Source: Candidatus Kapaibacterium sp. | GTDB taxonomy: Bacteria; Bacteroidota; Ignavibacteria; Kapaibacteriales; JAEUSM01 | Assembly (NCBI GenBank): GCA_016788785.1 | Contig: JAEUSM010000011.1 | Coordinates: 17,200 to 81,199 of the forward strand | Length of the DNA: 64,000 nt | Reading direction: 5' to 3' | Shown here: positions 18,604-27,621 of the stretch, piece after piece | Position numbering within the stretch: position 1 is the first letter of the stretch | Layout: each line of letters begins with the position of its first letter | Made by a program: the position numbers and the translations under genes | The notes under the pieces: model-generated | The model's input: only the letters and a program-made list of their open reading frames with translations | Told to the model about the DNA's origin: nothing | Database searches by the model: none

Positions 18604-20031
18604 TTATTTAATAGTCATTTGAACGCCATATGTAACGCCAAATTTACGTGTCGAAAATGCGTTTTGTTGCAACGAATATTGTAAAAATGTTCCTTCCGTT
18701 GCTAAGGACATTGAAAATGTTGGAGTAATAGGGAATTCAACACCTCCAAGAACTTTACCCAAAATTCCTATTGGTGCTCCACCAACAACTCCTCGAAGAT
18801 AAGGACGAATGCCCCACATCGATTCGATCGGATTAAGACGACCTTGCACTGCAAGTCCACCCCACAGCAAAGCAGGATTTTTTTCGTAATACACTGTTGT
18901 ATTAGGAGCTGTTATTTCAGAAAACACTAATCCAAAATTCTCACGACCACCCTCAACTCCAACGGCAAAATTATCCGTAATGTTTATTAATGATGAAATT
19001 GCAATGTTGTTTAGAAAATCTGTTTCACTTGCTTGAATCAATTGAGGATTTGGATACGATTGAGAAGTCAACCCTCGAAGACCCAAAGTTAACGAAAATT
19101 TCTTTTTACTTATTGGGTCAAGTATTGCAGTATCATTTGGTTGAACTTCTTTGGTTTCAGTTGTTTTTGTATTTTCATTTGCTTGTTTTTGTTGAGCTTT
19201 TGATTGTTCGTTCAACAATTCGTTCCGAATTGCCTCAACAGTTGCAAGATTATCTTTTAACGCTTGAACTTCTTTTGTTAATAGTTCAGAACGTTGTTTT
19301 TCGGCATCTAAAGATCCATTGATACGATCTAATTTGAATTGAGCTTCCTGCAATTCTCTTGTTTTATCAGCTAATAGGTTTTTCAAATTCTCTTTCGCAT
19401 ATTCAGCAGCTTTTAGCTCTTCTTTGATAGAATTTAAAGCTGCAACATTAGAAGTATTAGTTCCAGAATTGACAAATTTATATATAATTCGTTCAGTTGG
19501 TTGAGCTTTTATGTTTGTAGCATTGGCAACAATTTGTTGTAATACTTGTGAAAGTGATGGTGTATTAACCGATGAAGTTACAATTTCTGTTGTTGAAATA
19601 TTTGCTGAAGAATTATCACCTTTTTTTGCAATTTGAGCTTCATACTTGGTAGTTTCATTATAATAATACCCACTAACAACAGCCATTAACAATGCAGAAA
19701 TGAATCCCAAAATCGTAATCCATGATTGTGTAATTGCACCAGAAACAATTGGAGCAGTTCCAACACCAATTGTCGGTGCCGTCATCAATCCAGCAGGAAG
19801 ACCTAAACCAACAGCAGTAACCACGCGTTCTGTCAACATAGGAGCAGGAACAAATGCTCGATGGTCATTACGTACTTCCTCACGAATGGAAAGCATATCA
19901 CGAAAGAGGTCACGAAGTGAATCCGATGCAGCAATGGCTGCAAACATTCCAACTTCAGCTTCTTTGGAAAGCTCGCCGTCGAGGTATAATTGTATTTTAT
20001 CTTCAAAAGGTAATTCTAAATCTTTATTCAT
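18604..20031 (-). CDS. putative anti-sigma factor with C-terminal beta-rich (OMP-like) domain
   Basis: Short cytoplasmic N-terminal domain, one TM helix (WITILGFISALLMAVVSGYYY), a long coiled-coil, and a C-terminal ~170 aa with alternating-hydrophobic beta pattern. Immediately downstream of the ECF sigma gene. Confidence 0.55.
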   Translation of the reverse strand: MNKDLELPFEDKIQLYLDGELSKEAEVGMFAAIAASDSLRDLFRDMLSIREEVRNDHRAFVPAPMLTERVVTAVGLGLPAGLMTAPTIGVGTAPIVSGAITQSWITILGFISALLMAVVSGYYYNETTKYEAQIAKKGDNSSANISTTEIVTSSVNTPSLSQVLQQIVANATNIKAQPTERIIYKFVNSGTNTSNVAALNSIKEELKAAEYAKENLKNLLADKTRELQEAQFKLDRINGSLDAEKQRSELLTKEVQALKDNLATVEAIRNELLNEQSKAQQKQANENTKTTETKEVQPNDTAILDPISKKKFSLTLGLRGLTSQSYPNPQLIQASETDFLNNIAISSLINITDNFAVGVEGGRENFGLVFSEITAPNTTVYYEKNPALLWGGLAVQGRLNPIESMWGIRPYLRGVVGGAPIGILGKVLGGVEFPITPTFSMSLATEGTFLQYSLQQNAFSTRKFGVTYGVQMTIK

Positions 20032-20045
20032 AGGTACTCTTTCTG

Positions 20046-20630
20046 TTAAGAAAGCTCCTTAATGTATGGTTGTAATATTTCTCTAATTTGGTTTTTTGCA
20101 CGAACTACTCTAATTTTTACGTTCGAAAGGCTCAAACCGGTAATATCAGCGATTTCTTGATAGGAAAATCCGTCGTACTCTCGTAACACAAATGCCTCCT
20201 TGTATTCTTCGCTCAATTTTGATAGGGCATCATCAATCAAATCGAGTAATTGTTTTTTATCGTAATTTCTGTCCTCAGAAACCAACATATAATCCATTGG
20301 TTCTGTCGTTTGCTTTTTATCACGTTTTGCATTCAAACAAAGGTTCCTGGCAATTCTCAGCAAGAATGCAGGAACATTAGTCATTTCGCTTTTGTTTCGA
20401 GCGGCTTGAACAAATCGAATGAATGTTTCTTGAAATATATCTGAGGCTTCATCATAATCGTTCATAATCTTCACACAATATGCATGCAAACGCGACGAAT
20501 ACCGAGAGTATATCTCAGCAAAAGCTGCGTCTGCTGAAGAACCTTGATCACTTAAAAGGATACAAAGTTCTTGATCACTATATTGGCTTGTTTGATTTTT
20601 CATCTGTTCATTTATACTAATAACACGCAA
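20046..20630 (-). CDS. ECF-type RNA polymerase sigma-70 factor
   Basis: Region 2 (FQETFIRFVQAARN) and region 4 HTH (SYQEIADITGLSLSNVKIRVVRAK); 194 aa. Confidence 0.85.
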   Translation of the reverse strand: MRVISINEQMKNQTSQYSDQELCILLSDQGSSADAAFAEIYSRYSSRLHAYCVKIMNDYDEASDIFQETFIRFVQAARNKSEMTNVPAFLLRIARNLCLNAKRDKKQTTEPMDYMLVSEDRNYDKKQLLDLIDDALSKLSEEYKEAFVLREYDGFSYQEIADITGLSLSNVKIRVVRAKNQIREILQPYIKELS

Positions 20631-20659
20631 ACAGGGTTTTCGATACTTTTTTGTTTATC

Positions 20660-23600
20660 TTATCGATGAAGAAATGGGGTAACCTTTTGTACACTCGGAG
20701 TTTTTAATTGAACAAAGTACAACCCATTGGGTAAACGTTGATGAGGAATTACGATACTTTTTGTTTGAATCCCTTTGTTATCAAACAATATTGGCTCAAG
20801 TATTTGTACACCAATACTCGAATATAAACTCACTTCATGGAGACCATGTTCAATCATAGAAACGGAAACCACGATATCATGTTGCTGTTGAGTTATTCCA
20901 AGAGCTATAGTTGTGTCTGAATCAAAAACTAAACGATTTCCACCAGATTCACAAACTCCCAATAGTGTAAACGTTCCTGGTAATATTGTTACATCGATCG
21001 GAGCATTTGTAGCCATTGAGGTCAGTGCTGTTAACGACGTGATGGTATCATTACCCAACATCACATCGAAATTAATTTGATCAATAATTGGTTTTTTCTG
21101 TTCGTCAAGTTGATATCGCAAAGACTCCTCGCGAATACCTCCAGATAAAACAACGCCCTTTTTTGAAAGTGGGTACAGCAATGTAGCATTGTATTGAAGG
21201 GTAAATTCTATTTCAGGTTGTACTCCCAATACATCAGTATTTGTTTCTGATACTATCGAAACGGGTATTGAAACCTTATCACCTGGATATCCCTGAGCTG
21301 AACCAATTTGCAAAACAATTGCAGCTTGAGTAGGAATTCCCTCAACTTTGAACGTATCTTGTACTCCGCAAACATCTCCTGTAAGAACGACATCTACTGA
21401 GGATGCTGTTGTCGTTGCTGCAGAATAAATCACGGGAACAAAGACAGATTGATTGGCTGCTACAAAAAGTGTTATAAAAGTCGTATCAAGCGAAAATGGT
21501 GATATCAGGGAAAATTGTGGTAAACTTACATCTGTTGATGAAGTATTTGTAACTTTCACATACCCTCGTTTTTGCGTTCCTACGATTGCAAAAAGTTGTA
21601 AAGGTGTGATTTCTATTTGTGGATGAATAACCGTACCTGTCAAACGAATTGTATCGATTTTTCCGCAAATGGTATTTGTCAAATATAGCTCTTTTGTAAA
21701 ACTTCCAACTGAATCTTTAACAGTAAGGCTACATTGCAGCGTTGTTTGATTCCCAACATCTACATTCGCAGTTGTTAATGTAGGGTTGTCGATTATTTGT
21801 GTATAAGAAATGGAAGCTGGTAATGAACCAATATTTGTAACATTAATAGTAAATGGCACAACACTTCCAAAACAAACAGTTCCAATATCAATAAGTTGCG
21901 GAGTTTGTATATCAATCAAATCCTTACGAGCTTGTATCGGTATTGATAATGCTGTATCTGTTATGGAATTACTTCGAACAATTATCGATGTTTGTTTGGT
22001 ACCAAATGTTTGAGGCACGAACCGAATTTCAATGCTTCCTGTCTCATTTGGTTCAACTGTTTGTGGGAACGAAACAATCTCAAAATCTGTAGCATTTGCT
22101 CCAGTAGGAGTCACAGAATATAACGATAACGAACTGATCCCACTATTGGATATGACAATCGTACTTCGTTGCTCAGTTTCGCACGTAATTGGAGCAAAAT
22201 TTGCAGTTGTTACTTGCATTTCTGCTCCTTTGTTTATTCCAGTTCCAAATAGCGGAGCATACAACGGTGAACCAACCTTGTCATACGCAATTGCAACCCT
22301 TCCCGAAGTCCTTCCGATTGCGTTGGGACGAAATGCTATATCAGAATACAATGTATCGCCAGGTTTCAATGTTACAGTAGGCATTTGTTGTAACGGTAGA
22401 AAATCTACGACATTTGGCTCAATAATAGAAGTACCTAACACATCAACTGAAGCAGATCCACGGTTAATTGCCAATGGAATTCTCGTAGAGTCTTTTTGTT
22501 GATACAGATTCACTTCACCAAAATCAACATAATTTGCTATAAGTTCTAACGAAGATTCTAATCCAATACCTTTGACTGTATATTCCAAAGTATCGCAGGG
22601 AGTTTTGATAGTAATGAGACCTTCACGAGGACCTTGTTGTTTAGGGGAAAATCGAACTTCTATCGGCAATGAGTTATTTGCTAAAACCATTTGTTTACCA
22701 GCCGAACTGACTATCTCAAATTCGTTAGGAAGTGACGATTCCACCCAAACGGTATCGATTGATGCATCATATTGACTAGCATTGAGAGTATAACTCATAA
22801 ACATAGAGTCACGTGAGGTTCCAACAACTTGAGCCGGAAATTCGATATTTCTAGCACTCAATGTTGGTCGAACAATACTCCATACATTATCAGATGTATC
22901 TTGTTGAAGTGGCAGGACATCAGCAGACCATAATCTTGCGGTTCTATCTGTACTTGTTGTAATAAAATAATCACCCAAATGAGTAAAAAACGCTTTTGTA
23001 ATAAACGGTGTATTGAAGGTCTCATGTCGAACTACAGCCAATTGTTCACCGGATTCTACATCGAAAATACGAGCAGTTCTATCATCGCCATACGTAAGAA
23101 TTTTAGTTTCATCTGGAGAAAGCTGATATCCTATTACATTTCCTGTGTGACCAATGTAAGCAACTAAAAGATTTCCATTGGTACTGCTCCAGCTTCGAAC
23201 AATACGGTCATTACTGATGGTGAACATTTTCGTTCCCGAACGATTCAAAGTTGCTTCCATCCCACCAACTACATACAAAAAAGTTTTAGAAAACACGTCA
23301 AAGACAACGGTTTTTTCATCACTCGATCCATACACCCAACGGTTGTTTTTAAAGAACCCACATTGTTCCATCCCCCAACCATCTGCTTTAAAAATAGCAA
23401 TGGTATCATACGTTTTTGCATCCCAAATACGGAGAAATCCGTCGCGTGAGGCAGTAGCAATTTTTGTCCTGTCATCTGAAACTGCTGCTGAATGCACAAT
23501 GTCTGTGTGATAAACTAAGGTAGCAAGTAATGCTCCAGTTCGAGAATACCACACTCGAACCGTTCTATCATTCGACGATGAAAGCAGTAAAGAATCATCT

Positions 23601-25378
23601 TGCGAGAATGTTAGGTGATTGATACCGCTTGTATGTCCACGTAAAGAAAATATAGTATCAATGGTTGTTGGATTCCACAAAAATATCGATCTATTTGAAT
23701 GAGAAGTGGCAAATCGAGTTGCTTTGTTGTTGTAAAGAATATTGTTTGGAAGTCCTGCATTTCCGTAGCGTAATCTTGCTAACGTATCTCCAGTGAAAAC
23801 ATCCCACATATAGACAAAGTTATCTTGTGAAACCGTAATAAACTTGTCTTCTTTGGGAGATGCAACGCCATCAGTTACAGATTCACGATGAAGTCGATAG
23901 GATTTGAGAGAATCTAATGGTGCTGAGGACAGTTGTTTTACTCTCAACAAACATTGCGTAGAAGTTGGAAGTGGAATATTTTTCCAATAGTAAGCAAGTC
24001 CTGCACCTTGACGTGTAATCAGATTCCATTTTTTTCCTTTATCGTAACTATATTCTATACTAACTGTGTCCAAAGAGGTAATTCCTGACCAACGAAGAAT
24101 CGAATCAGTTCCTGCAACCAATTGTTCTCTTCCATTAGGGAAATCAACCTTTAATGTTCGAAATTTGGGTCTTTTACCTCTGAATCCTCCTGAAGCATAA
24201 AATAACTGTTCACCACATTCAGTCGTTTGGAACCGAAGTTCGGTAAAGGTAAATCCTGAGTCCTTTGGAAAATACGACAATGTTAAAAACACAGAATCTC
24301 CAGAATTTAGCGAGAAGTTTCGTGGTGCAATAGTATAATCAGGATTAACAGTAATAATATTGGAAATGGTCACATCACCATTCATAGCAACTACTTTGAT
24401 AGTCGTATCATATTGCTGATTGAGTGGTTTATTGAAAAACGTTACTTGTTTCGGATACACTTGCAATTCTTTTACCGCAAGATCTCGAGGTGCGACATAC
24501 CTACCAGTATCCACCGAATTGCTGGGTTTATATGTTGCTTTTACGGTTCTATTTCCATTGCCACACGTTACAAATCCCTCCCATTCAATATGACATGGAG
24601 TTACCTCAATTGCTTCAAGAAATATTTGCTGAATGACAGCATTCATCTGCTCAATTGTCGAGATATTTTGAAACACCTTTCCATTCGTTTGATTCGCAAT
24701 GTAAAATAACGAAGCTGGTGCTGACATACTCAGCGTTATACAGTAAATCGTAACACTATCTTGTTGGGCGTCTCTAACGATTTTTTGCACATCTCCACCA
24801 CCTTGACCATCGGTGATAAACAACACAATTCGTTTGTTTTTTCCATTCTTTGCAACAGGTATTGCACCTGCTAATGGCACCCATAACGCTTGGTCGTAAT
24901 TCGTTCCACCTTGCGGTTTGAGCAATGGAATTTTCGACAGCAAAGTTTCCTTTTTTTTGGTGAAATCTTGCAACAAATACTGACTATTATCAAAGGCAGT
25001 AAGAGCTATTTCGGATTCAAACGGAAGTAAATTCGTAATTTGTTTAGTACCTTCTTTCAGAAGCACCATATTGGAAACACCAGATGCTCCCCAACTCATC
25101 GAACCGGAAACATCAGCCGTTACAACAATGGAAAGCTTCTTTGCAGTATCCATCACCGAACATTGCACCAATCGAACAGTTCGGGGCACTTGGTTTTCTT
25201 CAATAAGAACGTCCGAAACGTTTGGAGTGATAAGCGTACCCACCGAATCAAAGACAAACATCTTTGCCGAAATCAACGGAAAATTCGTCGGATCAATGCC
25301 AAAAAGCGTAACTCCTTGTGAAAATACGCTCGACATTGCAACAAAAAATATCCAAAAGCAAGTAAATAAAAACCGCAT
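20660..25378 (-). CDS. giant secreted vWA / WD40 / Ig-like repeat protein with T9SS C-terminal sorting domain
   Basis: 1572 aa. Signal peptide; vWA domain with MIDAS DxSxS (DVSGSMS); a WD40 propeller region (res ~500-800, repeated ...SxDxxxxxWD); a long run of Ig-like beta domains; a C-terminal ~80 aa typical of a Por-secretion CTD. Confidence 0.75.
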   Translation of the reverse strand: MRFLFTCFWIFFVAMSSVFSQGVTLFGIDPTNFPLISAKMFVFDSVGTLITPNVSDVLIEENQVPRTVRLVQCSVMDTAKKLSIVVTADVSGSMSWGASGVSNMVLLKEGTKQITNLLPFESEIALTAFDNSQYLLQDFTKKKETLLSKIPLLKPQGGTNYDQALWVPLAGAIPVAKNGKNKRIVLFITDGQGGGDVQKIVRDAQQDSVTIYCITLSMSAPASLFYIANQTNGKVFQNISTIEQMNAVIQQIFLEAIEVTPCHIEWEGFVTCGNGNRTVKATYKPSNSVDTGRYVAPRDLAVKELQVYPKQVTFFNKPLNQQYDTTIKVVAMNGDVTISNIITVNPDYTIAPRNFSLNSGDSVFLTLSYFPKDSGFTFTELRFQTTECGEQLFYASGGFRGKRPKFRTLKVDFPNGREQLVAGTDSILRWSGITSLDTVSIEYSYDKGKKWNLITRQGAGLAYYWKNIPLPTSTQCLLRVKQLSSAPLDSLKSYRLHRESVTDGVASPKEDKFITVSQDNFVYMWDVFTGDTLARLRYGNAGLPNNILYNNKATRFATSHSNRSIFLWNPTTIDTIFSLRGHTSGINHLTFSQDDSLLLSSSNDRTVRVWYSRTGALLATLVYHTDIVHSAAVSDDRTKIATASRDGFLRIWDAKTYDTIAIFKADGWGMEQCGFFKNNRWVYGSSDEKTVVFDVFSKTFLYVVGGMEATLNRSGTKMFTISNDRIVRSWSSTNGNLLVAYIGHTGNVIGYQLSPDETKILTYGDDRTARIFDVESGEQLAVVRHETFNTPFITKAFFTHLGDYFITTSTDRTARLWSADVLPLQQDTSDNVWSIVRPTLSARNIEFPAQVVGTSRDSMFMSYTLNASQYDASIDTVWVESSLPNEFEIVSSAGKQMVLANNSLPIEVRFSPKQQGPREGLITIKTPCDTLEYTVKGIGLESSLELIANYVDFGEVNLYQQKDSTRIPLAINRGSASVDVLGTSIIEPNVVDFLPLQQMPTVTLKPGDTLYSDIAFRPNAIGRTSGRVAIAYDKVGSPLYAPLFGTGINKGAEMQVTTANFAPITCETEQRSTIVISNSGISSLSLYSVTPTGANATDFEIVSFPQTVEPNETGSIEIRFVPQTFGTKQTSIIVRSNSITDTALSIPIQARKDLIDIQTPQLIDIGTVCFGSVVPFTINVTNIGSLPASISYTQIIDNPTLTTANVDVGNQTTLQCSLTVKDSVGSFTKELYLTNTICGKIDTIRLTGTVIHPQIEITPLQLFAIVGTQKRGYVKVTNTSSTDVSLPQFSLISPFSLDTTFITLFVAANQSVFVPVIYSAATTTASSVDVVLTGDVCGVQDTFKVEGIPTQAAIVLQIGSAQGYPGDKVSIPVSIVSETNTDVLGVQPEIEFTLQYNATLLYPLSKKGVVLSGGIREESLRYQLDEQKKPIIDQINFDVMLGNDTITSLTALTSMATNAPIDVTILPGTFTLLGVCESGGNRLVFDSDTTIALGITQQQHDIVVSVSMIEHGLHEVSLYSSIGVQILEPILFDNKGIQTKSIVIPHQRLPNGLYFVQLKTPSVQKVTPFLHR

Positions 25379-25439
25379 AACGATTTTTAAAGTAGTTATG
25401 AAAACTGCAAAATAGACAAAAATTACGATATAGAAGCAA

Positions 25440-25910
25440 ATTTTCTTATTTTCTATGATCTAAGAACAACAATCAGAATCGTAGAGACGCCCTATATGTG
25501 TGTTTCAAGCTGAGAACGGTCTAGCCCTGAAAGGGCGTATTATATAAGCATAGGGTGTAAGCCCTATGATGAAAGCCCCTCTTTCCCTAACCCTCTCCCC
25601 AAGGGGCGAGGGAAAAATCTATTTTTTTCAATGTAGACTTACTCCCTAAATTTTTTGTTTACAAACAATAACAACTCCCTCTCCCCTTTGGGGAGAGGGT
25701 ACGGGGAGAGGGGTGATTTTATGGTTGTTTCCTTCTTTCTATAAATATCTGACTACTACGTGGTCAAGAATCATTCACTTCACACGTAAAGACGCCCTAT
25801 ATGGGCGTCTCATACAAAAAATCACACATAACAACTCCTTCGCCCCTTGGGGGAGAGGGTAAGCAGAGAGTGGATGTTTTTTATATTTTTCTGGAGTTTC
25901 TAACTACTCA
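25440..25910. repeat. repeat-rich intergenic region (REP copy plus several other GC-rich palindromes)
   Basis: REP unit at 25523..25568. Perfect palindrome agacgccctatatgggcgtct at 25785..25805, with a half-copy near 25485. Two copies of aacaactcc.tc.cccctttggggagagggta hairpins near 25673 and 25831. Confidence 0.8.
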
Positions 25911-25927
25911 AATGAAGATAGATTCTT

Positions 25928-25989
25928 TTTCGTGCGATTGCTTTTGCGGATAGAATGGAGCTTTTTTTGTTCGGCTTCTTGGCGTTTGA
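25928..25989. repeat. 62-bp direct repeat, copy A (duplicate of arfB 3' end)
   Basis: 61/62 identical to 30233..30294, which lies inside the arfB coding 3' end. Confidence 0.9.
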
Positions 25990-26015
25990 AAAAATGAAAA
26001 TGTTACCCCAATTGA

Positions 26016-26831
26016 TTAAGTATTTACTGATTGATATATTGCTTTCTCTTCTAAAAAAATTTTTAGTTGATCGTCTTGATTTATTAACTTTTCGGAGTAA
26101 GCGACTTTACCACCATTTGCTGATATTCCGTTTATTCTGGTCTGAGCAATTTCTAAATATTCTTGACTTATTTCAAAACCAATAAAATTTCGCTTAAGTC
26201 TTTTGGCAATAACTCCTGTAGTTCCACTTCCTGTGAATGGGTCAAGAATTGTGTCGCCCTGTTTGCTACCTAACAATATAATTCTTTCTAAAAGTGTTTC
26301 TGGTTTTTCTGTTGGATGTGAAGTTTTGTGTCTTTCTGCATTAATTTCCCATAGGTTTCTCATTTGCTTTCCTCCGTTTATCATTTTTGCAGTAACGTAA
26401 TCAAAGTAATATTTCTTTGTTTTACTTGCAACCCAAATAAGCTCAGTTGATGGTGCAAGCCGATTTTTTGATAACAAAGGTGCAGCATTTTTTTTGTACC
26501 AAATCACATCATTTATTATCCACAAATTTAACTTTTTCAGAATTACACCAATTGACGGATGATTATGTAAAGTTCCTGAAATCCATATTGTACCATCGTC
26601 TGCCAAAACACGAATACACTCTTTTACCCAAGATTCATTGAATTCATGAATGTCGTCAATAATATCCCAATCTCCTTTATCACAAGTAACCATTTTACCA
26701 CTTTGTACGGTTTGAAATGTTGCTCCCGACAAATTGTAAGGTGGGTCAGCAAAAATTTGATTAATGCTACCAGAAGGTAATTTTTTTAGGAGTTCAACGC
26801 AATTACCCAGGTGTAATTTTATATCAGACAT
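26016..26831 (-). CDS. DNA methyltransferase, beta-class N6A/N4C (motif IV DPPY ... motif I FxGxG)
   Basis: FADPPYNLSG near the N-terminus; ILDPFTGSGTTG near the C-terminus; 271 aa. Confidence 0.85.
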   Translation of the reverse strand: MSDIKLHLGNCVELLKKLPSGSINQIFADPPYNLSGATFQTVQSGKMVTCDKGDWDIIDDIHEFNESWVKECIRVLADDGTIWISGTLHNHPSIGVILKKLNLWIINDVIWYKKNAAPLLSKNRLAPSTELIWVASKTKKYYFDYVTAKMINGGKQMRNLWEINAERHKTSHPTEKPETLLERIILLGSKQGDTILDPFTGSGTTGVIAKRLKRNFIGFEISQEYLEIAQTRINGISANGGKVAYSEKLINQDDQLKIFLEEKAIYQSVNT

Positions 26832-27621
26832 ATTCTTCCGTTTTTGGGGTTAATCGTTCTTCAGCTATTTTCAAATAGTCAGAATTATTCTCTATTCCAA
26901 TCCAATTTCGATTTAATTTTCTTGCCACAAAACCTGTTGTTCCTGTTCCAAAAAATGGGTCAAGTATAGTATCATTTTCATTTGATGATGCTTTAATAAT
27001 TAACTCCAAAAGCCTTTCAGGTTTTTGTGTTGGGTGCAAAGCACGACCTTTTTCTCCTCGTAATCTTTCTCTTCCTTGAACGATTGGAAGTTCAATAAAA
27101 TCTAGAAAATCACGCATTTGCTTATCTTTTCCCTCTTTGGTTTTATTGTGATTGAATTTTTTAACTTCATCATAATTAAAAACCCAATTTTTACCTTTGA
27201 CAAACCAACAAACAAATTCAGTTGAATGTGTGTAAGTTCGTTTTGTGATGTTTGGCATTGCGTTCACTTTATACCAAGTTAAAATGTTATTCAACTTGAA
27301 GCCAATTTTTTTTGCTTCTACTACAATTTCGCCAATGTTATGCTGAGTACACGAAATATAAAGACTTCCGTTAGGTAATAAAATTCTATGGCTTGCTTTT
27401 AACCAATCAGCTGTAAACTTTAAATAATCATCATAATTAAACGTGTCCCAATCTTCATTTACTTTGTAAAATGCTCCGCCTGTTTTATTGTTTTCAAGTT
27501 TTAAAGAATTTCCCGAAAGATTATAAGGAGGGTCGGCAAAAATCAGATGTATAGAATTATCAACAATATATTTGTTGATGATTTCAATACAATCACCATT
27601 ATGTATTTTATTCAATTCCAT
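26824..27621 (-). CDS. DNA methyltransferase, beta-class N6A/N4C (paralog of the downstream MTase)
   Basis: FADPPYNLSGN and ILDPFFGTGTTG; 265 aa; 8-bp overlap with the next MTase; shares its start position with the stop of the putative REase. Confidence 0.85.
   Translation of the reverse strand: MELNKIHNGDCIEIINKYIVDNSIHLIFADPPYNLSGNSLKLENNKTGGAFYKVNEDWDTFNYDDYLKFTADWLKASHRILLPNGSLYISCTQHNIGEIVVEAKKIGFKLNNILTWYKVNAMPNITKRTYTHSTEFVCWFVKGKNWVFNYDEVKKFNHNKTKEGKDKQMRDFLDFIELPIVQGRERLRGEKGRALHPTQKPERLLELIIKASSNENDTILDPFFGTGTTGFVARKLNRNWIGIENNSDYLKIAEERLTPKTEEYV

Noticed and set aside
21486-25415. Multiple 60-156-aa ORFs on both strands inside the 1572-aa vWA/WD40 gene
   Set aside because: They are fully contained in a long, well-supported CDS and have no independent signals.
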